A DNA stretch of 63,975 bases, filler included, from Octopus bimaculoides (taxonomy: Eukaryota): the NCBI RefSeq assembly GCF_001194135.2. It is 4 parts of 4 records of this genome, joined end to end, with 100 filler letters (N's around TTAATTAATTAA, not from the genome) between each part and the next. Parts side by side here need not be neighbours in the genome. Positions count along the whole stretch, not along the records: positions 1 to 22,359 come from NC_068984.1; positions 22,460 to 40,030 come from NC_068988.1; 2 more parts are not named here. One strand, 5' to 3'. The translations under genes and the position numbers were made by a program. Shown in pieces: positions 13,637 through 26,976 of the stretch; positions within the stretch are counted from its first letter, which is position 1, and every line of letters starts with the position of its first letter. The notes below the pieces were generated by a model. That model was not told the origin of the DNA and did no database searches. It worked only from the letters and a program-made list of their open reading frames with translations.

Positions 13637-13693
13637 TGACAGCATTATTCATATCAAAGTTGTTTGCAGTAAACTGAAACAATGCTTCTTTCT
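13637..13693 (+). CDS. Candidate 57-nt symmetric exon (DSIIHIKVVCSKLKQCFF)
   Basis: Acceptor ttcttccctattttag, donor CT|gtaagt; length divisible by 3; one open frame. Confidence 0.3.
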
Positions 13694-15205
13694 GTAAGTA
13701 TGCATTGATAGCAACAAATATCAACAGTACTTGTAAGAAATATATATCAATGCTAATAGCAAAACTGAGGAGAGGAGATCTGAGCTATCCCTATACATTC
13801 AATTTGAGTGCCGATAGTGTGGATTAATCCAAATGGTGTGCGTTCAAATGTAAAGTTGCCTAAAATGAGGCATTTTATTAAATGAAAATATACAGTAAAT
13901 CGGAAGAGTAAATAGTTTGCTCATTTAAATCAGACGGAGTGAATCTAAAATTTTCAAGGAAATCTGTATTAACAGAATAGCATCCGATTTTAGATTGAAT
14001 AGCTGAAATACCGTACAAGGCAACTGGTTTCTCAATAATGGAGTTGTAATGCCCTTATTTATCAAATTGTATAGCAATCAGATGAACACGTATTTAAGCA
14101 GATTTCCCATTAATAATATCAAGAGCAGGGTTTGTTATAGTTTATCAAATATATAATGGATTCACTCAATATAAAAGCAATTCTGCTTGTCAGAAATGTC
14201 TTTATGAATGATTGTCCTTCTACTCTTAAAACAAAAATTCTGCAGTGTAACACCAAAGTTCTCACATTGGAAAATTTGTTGAATTCATAGATTTGTGAAC
14301 CCCAGTTTGAATAATCATAGCATTATAATAAACACTACTTCAAGTGGTTATCATGGGTATTAACCAGATACTGCAAATCGAATACATACAAAGTGATACA
14401 TATGTACATACCTTATGCGCAACTATGATAATGGGATAGAATTCAAATACAACGAAGTGTTTAGCGTGAATCTATGCATGTAATTAATTGTGAGTAACTA
14501 TATAGGAAACCGAAGAAAACTATGCATAACATCAGTTGATATATACATGAAAACATATTTTTTTATGCATGAACATATNNNNNNNNNNNNNNNNNNNNNN
14601 NNNNNNNNNNNNNNNNNNNNNNNNNNNNNNNNNNNNNNNNNNNNNNNNNNNNNNNNNNNNNNNNNNNNNNNNNNNNNNNNNNNNNNNNNNNNNNNNNNNN
14701 NNNNNNNNNNNNNNNNNNNNNNNNNNNNNNNNNNNNNNNNNNNNNNNNNNNNNNNNNNNNNNNNNNNNNNNNNNNNNNNNNNNNNNNNNNNNNNNNNNNN
14801 NNNNNNNNNNNNNNNNNNNNNNNNNNNNNNNNNNNNNNNNNNNNNNNNNNNNNNNNNNNNNNNNNNNNNNNNNNNNNNNNNNNNNNNNNNNNNNNNNNNN
14901 NNNNNNNNNNNNNNNNNNNNNNNNNNNNNNNNNNNNNNNNNNNNNNNNNNNNNNNNNNNNNNNNNNNNNNNNNNNNNNNNNNNNNNNNNNNNNNNNNNNN
15001 NNNNNNNNNNNNNNNNNNNNNNNNNNNNNNNNNNNNNNNNNNNNNNNNNNNNNNNNNNNNNNNNNNNNNNNNNNNNNNNNNNNNNNNNNNNNNNNNNNNN
15101 NNNNNCCTAGATCCGTAGATCTTACAATTGTATGTATATATATATATATATATTTAAATTTAACTTTATATCATTTCTTATTGGATACAAGCATATTTAT
15201 AAAAA

Positions 15206-15254
<49 letters not shown>

Positions 15255-15727
15255 GTATTCATATGTGTATATAGTTATGTATTTATGTCTATATGTATTC
15301 ATGTATATGTTCTTCCAATAAGAATTCTTAAGAATGAAAGCACATAAGTTCATAGGACGCCGAAAGTGGCTAAGTACAGTATCGTAGAAATCACAGTGAA
15401 ATAAGCAATATTGAAGACTTCAAATATTGTTAGCATACCGAAGATATGCAAGTACCAAATCACATTTATAAAAATAGATTGAATTAAGGATGGGCCCTTG
15501 CTGTGTTATAGGTATTAAATAGTATACATTTCTATATATATAATGGTAAAATAAGCATATATATATATATATGTGTGTATATATATATTTGCGTCTTGAG
15601 TGAGTTGAGTATACATTCATCAATACATATACACATAAATGCATGCGAATATAAATACCTCTTATTTGCATGTTCGTCTATCTAGAACAGTATATGTTAA
15701 TTAATATATACAGAGACACACACACAT

Positions 15728-15792
<65 letters not shown>

Positions 15793-18169
15793 TACACGCA
15801 CACTCAAACACGTACACATGCACGCACTCACACTCATATGTGTATATACAAGAATTCCTTTCGGGGCTTGAAAATGCACCTGAATCTCAAAACGTAGTTG
15901 TTTTTGAATTTTGGAAAAGATTAATTCAAATACTAAAATTAATACTAAAATTAATGTTTGACATTACAGTCAGCCTACTAAATTAACAATATCTCACTAA
16001 AGTGGCATTTCGCATTTACAGTCATCACTTTTAACATAACAGTAAATATTGTGTGCTAGTTCCGTGGGTATTAGAACATGTCTACTTATCCTCTGCAATT
16101 CATTTGTGTCACTAGCATAATATGATTAATATTAGAATGCACGCGATATCCCGAAATGGATATACCATTATGCAACAACAACTAACTGCAGAATTGCCAT
16201 GGAAAGAATTCATAATATGCAGCACTAAGTAAGATGTTCAATGCAATAAAATGAAGTTTCTAGCTTGTATTCTGCTATATTCTTTACATGAAGTATTAAA
16301 GCGAAATGTAAATCTCTAGAGCTCATTCCAATATATTTCACATATTTTCACTACAAACCATGCACAGGAATTATAACAACTATGCCATTGTACTCCATAC
16401 ATCTATTTATAGTTCAGAGTCTTTCCTTTTAAATTGTCTTCACTTTCTTTGTTAACATAACATTCATTTTAAGATTTGTACTGCTTTTGCTTCGTTTATT
16501 AAACAATGCTGCAAACATTTAACAGATTATATAAAATATCCATGTAGGAATAAATATCAGTTATTTCCATGCTCGTTGAATAATAATGCACACAATTGAA
16601 CATATTTCAGTAGATATATAAATAATACAGGGTGTGAGAATAAAAACATGATATATTTAAACTATACTTATCATTCACGTTCGTGCTCGCAAAATTTTGA
16701 ATAGAGTAAGAATGTGAATGCTATAACTGCATGTCAGTAATGCAGTTTATATGTATGAAATAGAATCATTGGGGGAAAACGAAGATATTAGCATGTTTTT
16801 TTTTTATTCTTTGATTATTCCTTTGATAACGGTGGTAATACCGGTTTACGTCTCACGAGAACCATGTAAACTAGTTTTGGTAAGCAAGATATGATAATGT
16901 TCTTATGTTGTGAATTTGTGAAGGCAACCGGATTTTGAGGCAACTTAAACTTCAGTAATCGATCATAAAACATCAGGACTATCCATGAAAAATAGTTTTC
17001 CCCTTTATCACTACGTGTAACATATACTACTAAGCATCTTGGTTGTTGAAAATACATTATTACCTTCTGTATCAATATTCACGATTTGTATGCTGAAGTA
17101 AAATTTTATTTTGAGTTCACTTCGATCTTTTGATTTCGCTACAACCTTGTTTACTATCAAAATATGTGTAAGAGATCTTTGAATTGCTTCCCCCATTGTT
17201 ATGTATGTGCACTGTGTTTGAAACCAGAAGAAATAAAACAAACTGCTCTAAATTTGTCTGCTTTTAATGTTCCTTTAAAGATGATTATAACCTCAATTTG
17301 CTACGAAGAAATCGTTTACCTCAAAGTTAAAAAATACTATGTAAATGTATCAAATGTTTTGTATTGAATTGATTTCAGTGAAGTTATTTTGGCGCTCACG
17401 GGATTTCAACTATTCATTTATATGTATCAAAGTGTTGAATTATCAACTGATGAACTGTAATTATATCAAAAGAATTTCATAATTAAAATTAGTAAGGGGC
17501 GGGTGCTTGTATATAGGGTTTATAGTTCTTATACGGAGCTGCAATGTCAATATAGGAATTGTTTTAGGCCTTTCATTTATATTGTCGTATATGTTTTTCA
17601 TATGTATTATACTTCTTTGTACAAGTTCAAGTAGTTAACTAAATGGTAGTCAATCACTTTTGTTTGCAGTATATTTCAGAGCATGTTGTTGCTAGGATTT
17701 GAAGCAGATATTGCGTCTGCATGTACTATGAATGTCATTAGATGGTGGATTTATGTAGATGTGTCGTAGCCATTTTAAAGATGTAGACTTCAAATAGGTG
17801 AAGCAGCTTCATAAATCGAGATGACATGTATATGTTGTATTGCATTAGAAACCTCAACAAAACACAATTTTTAATTTATGGAGACGGTTAATGAGTATTT
17901 GACAAATAAATCTGGCTGTCTTCCAGAACATAAGTTTCCAAGGTATTTAAACTATCTGAAATGCAAGCAATAATGTTATGAACTGTAATGATTTCTGTAT
18001 GGAAATGAATCAGCGCTGTATTATATTTGTGACACATAGAGAGGAAAGCAGTTTTTGTTACAAACATTTGTAGTCTGAGCAAGAGAGAAATCAAGAAATA
18101 TCAATTGGAAAATATCAGAGATTCTTATTTCATGGAAACACTTGTTTGTGACTACCCATGTACCTTCAG

Positions 18170-18196
18170 ACAATAAAGCCGTCCTTTTCCTCCACG
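18170..18196 (+). CDS. Candidate 27-nt microexon (NKAVLFLH or TIKPSFSST frame)
   Basis: Acceptor tgtaccttcag, donor ACG|gtaagt; 27 nt, frame-preserving. Confidence 0.3.
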
Positions 18197-18373
18197 GTAA
18201 GTCAATTTGGAAAATACGTGATTCTTGAAATTATCTTCACTTCTTCAATGGAACTGTTTTTAACTGATATTAATTATGATACATCCGGTAGAGGTGGATG
18301 TAATTTTATTAAACGAGAATTTATGCAGTATAATATTTAATATACTTGTACTTGTGTATATTGTAAGTTTTAA

Positions 18374-18567
18374 GGCGGTGAACTGGCAGAATAGTTAGCA
18401 TGCCGGGAAGAATGCTTAGCGATGTTTCATTCGTTTTTATGTTTTCAGTTCAAATTCCGCGGATTTTGTCTTTCGTCCTCTCTGAAGTCGATAAAGTAAG
18501 TACCACTGAGGGTTGAGGCTTTTCCCTTTCCTCGAAATCGCTGGCCTTTTGTCAAAATTTTGAAACC
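18374..18567 (+). mobile_element. SINE family A
   Basis: ggcggtgaactggcagaatagttagcatgccggg...gttcaaattccgc...gtcgataaagtaagtacc...ggccttttgtcaaaattttgaaacc. Confidence 0.85.
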
Positions 18568-20085
18568 TATATATATTGTAAGTTTGATACTCTTCATTTT
18601 GTATTTCCGAAATAATTTAAGGAAACTTGTGGATAAATCACTTTAGATATTGCCAAAGCAAGAATTTGTGTGATTACTGTTAATATTTTGTTTTTATTGA
18701 AATGGTTTTGCAGAGAATAACATGAAAAACTTATTATTAAGTAGGAGACTTGTGCAATAATTAAATACCGAAAGTCACAAGGAAATAGAAAATGAAGCTT
18801 TTCGTGTGGTAAGCGCAGAGAATTAGGGGTATTCTACGATCTCCTTCTACAGACAAAATGAGACGAAATTTGATTCTCGATTGAGATGATACAACGCATA
18901 TATTGGATATACATACAGCGATGTAAACAGAGAATTTACAGTGTGTGATTTGAAATATAACTGAACGCGTCCGACACTCCGTTTGGCTTTGGCCATAATT
19001 ATGCTGTTATTGTTTAGCCCTAGGTCATCACTAACTGAATAAAATGTCTATGAGTTATACTTCTGTTGAGGCACAATATATATGGAACTGTAATATCCGC
19101 TACAATCTTTCAAGGCGTACAATATGACTTGTAACAGGTGTAAAATGTGACTGAAGGAAAATTTAGTTGCTATGCGGGGAAGCATCAAGCCGTCGACAAT
19201 TGCGAAGATACTGTTCGCTCTCTCATGCGATTTCTCGTCTTTTATGTTACATGGAAGATTAAGCATTTTCGTGGTAAAATATTCGGAATAACTGTACTGC
19301 TAGTCATTGTTAAGGCAATAAAAATGTAAGTAGTGTACTTGCATTTGCTTATTGTGATATCATTCTTTTGTTGAATATCAAAAATAAGTCAGCCATTTAG
19401 TTTATCAGGATATACATGTATTTGAGTATGGAACGTATTTTCGTTTGATTCTCTCAAAGAATTGTTGCCAGAGATATAGTGATTAACCTACAATATAACT
19501 AGTCAGTAAATATCAAAATAACGTATGTTTAAACTATTGGTATGCTATGTTCATATCCAATAAATATGTTTATGCTAGACAAGACAGTTTGTTGATTACT
19601 ACCGTTTTGCAAATGTACACATGAAACGAAACCCACAAACAGCAATTATTAGAAGAATGAGGTTAATATTTCATACAAAAAATTTCATGAATGTGTTAAT
19701 TGAAAAGGAATATCACCTAAGAAACTAATAAGGTTGATAAGGATTAAAGCCAGTAGATCTGAATCAGGTTTAAGTAAAATATTCATTTATTTATTGGATT
19801 CATAGGTTTTACACAGTTGACATTTGCTATTTGAAGTATGTTCATGCATTTCTTTACTTTGAATAAGATTATTTTTGAACTTACCTTGCACACTCCTTAA
19901 ACCATAACATAAAAATTTGTAATATGTGATATCGAAGATCGAAGGTCACACAGATGTTGCATACCCAACAAATGATTTGTCCTGCCTCAAGACATACGCG
20001 TTTTCTCTTTTTTGGCTGGTTATCGTAAGAATTCCTACTTCACGTATTCTCTCCTACTATATATTCTCTCTTTCTCTCTTTTTCT

Positions 20086-20124
<39 letters not shown>

Positions 20125-22303
20125 NNNNNNNNNNNNNNNNNNNNNNNNNNNNNNNNNNNNNNNNNNNNNNNNNNNNNNNNNNNNNNNNNNNNNNNNNNNN
20201 NNNNNNNNNNNNNNNNNNNNNNNNNNNNNNNNNNNNNNNNNNNNNNNNNNNNNNNNNNNNNNNNNNNNNNNNNNNNNNNNNNNNNNNNNNNNNNNNNNNN
20301 NNNNNNNNNNNNNNNNNNNNNNNNNNNNNNNNNNNNNNNNNNNNNNNNNNNNNNNNNNNNTATATATATACACACATATATATATATGTATATGCGCACA
20401 TATACATACATACATATAAATATCAAGATGGATAAATATAGATGTAGATATAAACATACTTACGTACATATACATATGCATGCGTCTGTGTGTTTGTGTA
20501 CGTGTGTTGGATATGGATGTGTTCGTACGAGCGAAGGCATTTATATTTGTAAATTTGAGAATGTGGAAGACAGAGAATCCGAAATTCTATTCATTTTTAT
20601 TTCAGTAGCATTTGAAGAGCTCTACAGATCTGAGTGCAGAAGGAATAAGTTTATCACGTGTAACAGTTGGACAATTCAAAGTTTACGTTTCTGTATCTTC
20701 GTGCGATTTCAGAACTATTACACTTCAACCTAATGTTCATCTGTCTGTGATTTTCATGCTGCGTATAATACACTTTGAGTTCCTCTTATCGTTGATCTTT
20801 TAAGAGCAGAGAATAGGATTGCTAAGATGCATTTATGAGGAAAAAATTATAAATGCTATTAAGAGGTAACATTTGTTATTGAATTTACTAAAATTACGCT
20901 AAGAAGTATATAATCTGCAATAATGATCTGGAAGGACGAATATGCTTTTGATTTTGTATTATTTTTCTTTTATGCTATGATGGAATAAATAAAACGAAAT
21001 TCTTACTATGTTTATCTATTTAATCTGAAACACGTAATATCATTCATATATCAAGTTCATGTATCGTGATTAAAGCAAGCATTTTAGTAGACAAATATGA
21101 CTTCATATATGAATAATTTCTACTCGTTGATTTCAGAGAAGGAAATATCTGAAACTAATAATATTTAGCTTCTAATATCTTATTCGGTGGTTTAGGTAAG
21201 AAGAATATATTTTATATTATTTTTATCTGGAGAACGCGTAATATTGTACGACATGTAAGTAAGAGTGAAATTATATTTCTGCACATTCTTTCATGCAGAA
21301 AATATTGTGAATCTCTGTTTTGGTCTGCAAATTTTCCTGTCTGTGTATTCATTTCTATGGATGAATGCACTACCATATATGATGATTTTATTAATGTGGG
21401 TGTCTTCGCGTGCTCACATGACTTCTGCAGATCTTACATCAGCACGCAAAGTAACACACATATATACATGCACAATATTTCATTTCTTACAAACGGTTCT
21501 TTTTATGTATTTCCTAAAAGTTTGTTTGAACAATCGCATACTTAGTCGCAACTAATCTATTCGCGAAGACATTTCTCATTTCACTGATTCTTTAGAGAAG
21601 TCTTACATTTTTCATTATGAAATCAATTTAACGAAACGTAAATATAATCGAATATCTATTCCTGGTCACTGGTGCTGCTTAAATTCTCAGTGAAGTATTC
21701 GTGTTAAATAATCCCTGAAACTGAATGTCTAGGTTGCTTGTGTATTCTGCCTATTGCTTTAAATATGCATTACTGATTGCTCACTAGAAATATGTAACTG
21801 ATATGTTCAATGTCACAGTTTGTGAAATCATATTAGAAGCAAGTTATCTAGTGAGGTGAGTCCAACCATCTGCATTGTTTCTTCACCAGATACAGAAAAG
21901 GTCGTGTAACGTTTGCATCAGACGGAAAGCTGTTTAGTAATAGTAATAATATGGGATAGACTATTCGACTTCATATCGCTTCAATTACTGGTCACGAGAG
22001 CAAAGATTTGGTGTTAAAGTGAGTATACACTAGTATTCATAAATTGTATCGACTAAATATAAATGAAAATTCACTCGATATTTAGTTAATAGCATATTTT
22101 ATCCAGAGGCTTGCATATCATTTCAAATATTCTACTGGCGACATTGATATATTTTCTGCCATATAAATATCTGATTTATTTGGTGATGTATTGATTTATT
22201 GATAAATTTATTGATTACACCATGTATTAATTCACTAATTATTTTATGGACTAAATACGGCGAATGCATTTTAAGAGAAAATATATACACATGTATATAT
22301 GTA

Positions 22304-22359
<56 letters not shown>

Positions 22360-22459
22360 NNNNNNNNNNNNNNNNNNNNNNNNNNNNNNNNNNNNNNNNN
22401 NNNTTAATTAATTAANNNNNNNNNNNNNNNNNNNNNNNNNNNNNNNNNNNNNNNNNNNN

Positions 22460-22900
22460 GGTCATGGGTAGCAATTGTCTTGGCCCGTTCTATTCCATTT
22501 TCAACTAATGATGCTGGGTAATGTCTTTCCAGGAGAATTGCCTTTAGTTCTTCGAGTCTTTTATTTCGAGTTCTATAATTAGAGACAATTGTGCAAATTC
22601 TTCTCGCAAGGTTGAAGGGAATGTTTGTCTTTGTATGTTTTCGGTGATTGGAGGTGAACAGAAGGTATTGTTTGGAATCAGTCGGTTTGTAATGAATATC
22701 AGTCTCAATGCTGGTACCTATTTTTATAATGAGAATGTCAAGAAAAGGAAGTTGGTCTTGACTGTATTCCATTGTAAATTGGATATGGTTGTTGACACTG
22801 TTAATAAGGGTTTTGAAGTCAAAGAGTTGGTCGAGTGTGTGGGACCATAGGATACATATATATTGATATTTCTAAATATGGCGGCATTATATCGCATTGC
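22460..22900 (-). mobile_element. Penelope-like retroelement reverse transcriptase fragment
   Basis: Open minus frame WSHTLDQLFDFKTLINSVNNHIQFTMEYSQDQLPFLDILIIKIGTSIETDIHYKPTDSKQYLLFTSNHRKHTKTNIPFNLARRICTIVSN...LLERHYP is the characteristic PLE RT C-terminal/thumb region. A decayed YxDD region lies just upstream. Confidence 0.9.
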
Positions 22901-23324
22901 GTTACAGAGAACGATTTCAAAATATGACAAAGTAATTAAATAGATGTACCTTATATTCATCTAACCACCCGTTATTATTAATATGACCGCAGGAAATCTT
23001 GTTGGTTTGTAACCCATAGTAAGTTTGATTTGATAGACACTCTGTGATCAAATGTATTCTAAATATGAGCAGTTTGTTTTCTTAGTTTTAGTCTCACGCA
23101 GTTTATCTGGAATGACATCATGTAATACAGGATTCTTTCTCCTTAGACGCTGTGACATCAGAAAGAATTAGCTGATATTTTCAGCAGTTTGAGTCACCCC
23201 GTTGAGAGTAACAAATTGTTGTTTTTTGAGCAGATGTGAGATTTAAAGCATTCCGTACTTAATTATCCCGTGCTACTAATTTATATACACTCCCGCTATC
23301 TAACGCGTATTTCCTTTTTAACAG

Positions 23325-23521
23325 GGCAGGTTGTGAATTTCGGGAATTTGTCTGCACCTTCTTGTTGGCTAAGCGACTACAAGCAGGTCGACTGGGTAAT
23401 TACCAGAATCCGCCATATGATCTGGGCTCCGGAAGAATTTAACCTCGTTTCAAGAGACACTCGAAAATACCTGACGGTTGAACAGTACTTACAAGCGAAC
23501 TCACGAAATCAAAACAATTGA
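23325..23521 (+). CDS. Candidate exon; either spliced at 23395 or read through to a stop (GQVVNFGNLSAPSCWLSDYKQVDWVITRIRHMIWAPEEF...)
   Basis: Branch point ctaac plus acceptor tatttcctttttaacag; donor TGG|gtaatt at 23395; two frames open. Confidence 0.3.
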
Positions 23522-23863
23522 ATTCAAAATATACAGTTTCGTATGTTATCTACAAGATAAGAAAACTTAGTAAATTAGAAAATCTTTTGTAAGTGAACAA
23601 TGAGAAAAGTAGACAGAAATGCATAAATTTATATAATGAAATGTTTAGTGTGGAAGTGTCTGGAGAGCGTGCCTAGAGTTGAAGTAAAGCACATGTAGTA
23701 CATGTTCTTGAGTCAGATACTTGACCTCAATTGGTAATGTCTTCTATATTTGACCTCCATTACGAAAACTAATCACCTGTCACGTACACTAATGTACGAA
23801 TACTAATAAAAATGTTCAGTAACATAATAATGAGAGGTGTTGATTGATTAACACTGTGCGTGT

Positions 23864-24096
23864 TATTTCTTTACTACCCACAAGGGGCTACACACAGAGG
23901 GGGACAAACAAAGACAGACAAACGGATTAAGTCGATTATACCGACCCCAGTGCGTAACTGGTAGTTATTTAATCGACCCCGAAAGGATGAAAGGCAAAGT
24001 CGACCTCGGCGGAATTTGAACTCAGAACGTAGCGGCAGACGAAATACCGCTAAGCATTTCGCCCGGCGTGCTAACGTTTCTGCCAGCTCGCCGCCT
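23864..24096 (-). mobile_element. SINE family A, well-preserved copy with an alternative 3' tail
   Basis: Minus reads ggcggcgagctggcagaaacgttagcacgccgggcgaaatgcttagc...gagttcaaattccgccgaggtcgactttgcctttcatcctttcggggtcgattaaataactaccag; the central block resembles the MetaSINE domain as I recall it. Confidence 0.9.
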
Positions 24097-24918
24097 ATAT
24101 GCGTGTGTGTATGTGTGAATGTGTGTGTACGTGCATGAGTAAGCATTTTCCTCCCTCTGTATTTATGTATGTACGTTTTATGTATGTATATATATATATA
24201 ATACATAAATGCATGCATAATGACACGTGTAGTCATACATAGATAGGCACAGGTACACATGTACACACACTCTCACACTCAAACGTACACACATGCATGC
24301 AAATAAGTATACACACACACATCAATGTTTTATGTCAATATATATATATAAAAACAATTTAATACGGAGTTAAAGTTTTACTTGATGCTTTTTCGTAACG
24401 TATATACTTATTAAATTTTACATGAGAAAGGTTGATAGTGACTTCGAAATATTGGTTTGCTCTCCTTTATCAGACTCTGCTTTACTAGGATTCCGTTTCT
24501 GCTTTATATACACTGTGACATTTTTTTTGTAAGTGGAGGTATATGAATAGTAATTAAGTTTGTTGTACGTAGAACAGGTAGTAGGAAGTGGGGAGGTGAA
24601 GAGGCAAGTAAGTGATTGTTAGATTTAATTTGATTTGATGGCGGAGTTTCGTTATTAATTAACGTTCAATCAGGCGTGGAAGTAAAGGTGTAAATACATA
24701 TGTAAAATTCAGTTCACAAAATTTTTTGTATAGAAAGTCGATTTTTGCTATTGTAGAGTTCACAAAGGAATGTGTGTAGCAAAGTCAGTAGGTCACATAA
24801 CGTAGTACTGGCCGAAGTTGAATAGGTATTGATGTTATTAGATTTCTATAAAGAAACTTTAAATGTTATCCTTTCAAAACTGTATGTTATTCTGCTTAAG
24901 AAATTATTATTCATACGT

Positions 24919-25319
24919 ACTCTTTTACTCTTTTACTTGTTTCAGTCATTTGACAGCGGCCATGCTGGAGCACCGCCTTTAGTCGAGCAAATAGACCCCA
25001 AGACTTATTCTTTGGAAGCCTAGTACTTATTCTATCGGTCTCGCTAAGTTACGGGGACGTAAACACATCAACATCGGTTGTCAAGCGATGTTGGGGGGAC
25101 AAACACAGACACACAAACACACACATACACACATATATATATATATATATATACATATATACGACAGGCTTCTTTCAGTTTCCGTCTACCAAATCCACTC
25201 ACAAGGTTTTGGTCGGCCCGAGGCTATAGTAGAAGACACTTGCCCAAGGTGCCACGCAGTGGGACTGAACCCGGAACTATGTGGTTGGTAAGCAAGCTAC
25301 TTACCACACTGTCACTCCT
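24919..25319 (-). mobile_element. SINE family B (tRNA head + CORE-like block + internal CA/TA microsatellite), near full length
   Basis: Minus head ggagtgacagtgtggtaagtagc...ccgggttcagtccc (boxes A/B), gcaccttgggcaagtgtcttc (CORE-like), 3' end gactgaaacaagtaaaagagtaaaagagt. Confidence 0.9.
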
Positions 25320-25452
25320 AGATTATATTTCCAAAACTATGAGGCCCTGTTTTTCTCTCAGCATAAATGTTCAAATAAAAGGGGATTGTATCAAATCATT
25401 CTTATTTTTCGGAATATTAATTGCGTAACACGATCACTGATTTAATAAGTGC

Positions 25453-25648
25453 TTCTAATATAGACACAAGGCCTGAAATGTGTTGGAGTGGGATTAGTCG
25501 ATCAAATCGATTTAATATTTGACTGGCAGTTATTTTACCGACCCAGAAAATATGAACATTAAAGTTGACTTCGGCGTGATTTGGACTGAAAGTAAAGAAG
25601 TGGAAGAAATACTAGACGGTCTAACGATTCTGCCAATCCATCGCCCTT
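25453..25648 (-). mobile_element. SINE family A, degraded
   Basis: ctaacgattctgcc head and ttattttaccgacccag central motif on the minus strand. Confidence 0.65.
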
Positions 25649-26239
25649 GATTTAATGATATAAAACCTGTATGTTATAAGGTTGTAAGATTCTCAAGTAG
25701 AACTTTTTTCTTTCAGAATAATTCAAATGGAAATAAAAAATTAATTCGTTACGTTTAACAGTGCTCCCACTGTTTAAAGCAATTAACTGTATCTCGATTC
25801 TGCTACATATTTCGGAGAGGTAAACCAAACCATTGAAAGAGAAATATATTAGGTATTGAAGCAGTGATATAATAGGTTTCACTCACACCCAGACTAAAAC
25901 CACTAGTTGCTTTCTTAATGGTTCAGCAGAGTCAAATCTATTGCAGATTTTCGGTTGTAACCTTTGGATTTGGCATCTCTGCATTCCCTGCATTCCCTGC
26001 ATTCACCGATAATTGATACTCTAAGAAATGTAAGGGTTGCTGCTATTACTCTTCTAAGTTATTTTTAAAAATAAAAGAAGGAAAAAAATAAGCTTTCAAT
26101 CCTGGAATGCTTTCTGTGAACAGAACCATATATAGCATTGTGATTAAAGCAAGATATTTAGTTCAGAATTAAGAGGTAATAATCCACTATTAAAGACAAG
26201 AATTGTATCATACACATGTATGTGCATTCATCTACCTAC

Positions 26240-26281
<42 letters not shown>

Positions 26282-26306
26282 CTTTCTCTCTCTCTATCTC
26301 TCTCTC

Positions 26307-26376
<70 letters not shown>

Positions 26377-26764
26377 NNNNNNNNNNNNNNNNNNNNNNNN
26401 NNNNNNNNNNNNNNNNNNNNNNNNNNNNNNNNNNNNNNNNNNNNNNNNNNNNNNNNNNNNNNNNNNNNNNNNNNNNNNNNNNNNNNNNNNNNNNNNNNNN
26501 NNNNNNNNNNNNNNNNNNNNNNNNNNNNNNNNNNNNNNNNNNNNNNNNNNNNNNNNNNNNNNNNNNNNNNNNNNNNNNNNNNNNNNNNNNNNNNNNNNNN
26601 NNNNNNNNNNNNNNNNNNNNNNNNNNNNNNNNNNNNNNNNNNNNNNNNNNNNNNNNNNNNNNNNNNNNNNNNNNNNNNNNNNNNNNNNNNNNNNNNNNNN
26701 NNNNNNNNNNNNNNNNNNNNNNNNNTATATATACATATATATATATATGTATGTATGTGTGTAT

Positions 26765-26976
26765 GTGTTTGTGTGTCTGTGTTTGTCCCCCCAACATCGC
26801 TTGACAACCGATGCTGGTGTGTTTATGTCCCCGTAAACTAGCGGTTCGGCAATAGAGAACGATAGAATAAGTACTAGGCTTCTAAAGAATAAATCATGGG
26901 TTCAATTTGCTCGACTAAAGGCAGTGCTCCAGCATGGCCACAGTCAAAAGACTGAAACAAGTAAAAGAGTAAAAGA
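26765..26976 (+). mobile_element. SINE family B, 3' half (5' part lost in an N gap)
   Basis: tgtccccccaacatcgcttgacaaccgatgctggtg...ctccagcatggccacagtc...aagtaaaagagtaaaaga is the reverse complement of 24919-25110. Confidence 0.9.

Noticed and set aside
16815-17241. IQIVNIDTEG and WIVLMFYDRLLKF on the minus strand, reminiscent of Cys-loop or chemotactile receptor ectodomains
   Set aside because: The two motifs are in different frames, separated by a stop and spaced too far apart, and no Cys-loop or TM region follows.
22360-22459. TTAATTAATTAA islands inside N-runs (22404-22415, 40075-40086, 55828-55839)
   Set aside because: Each is exactly N44 + a 12-bp palindrome + N44 = 100 bp with stop codons in all six frames. 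This is an artificial scaffolding spacer, not biology.
23440-23521. RKYLTVEQYLQAN resembling the NADAR motif YPTVEHYxQA
   Set aside because: The frame ends a few codons later and the similarity is too short to support.
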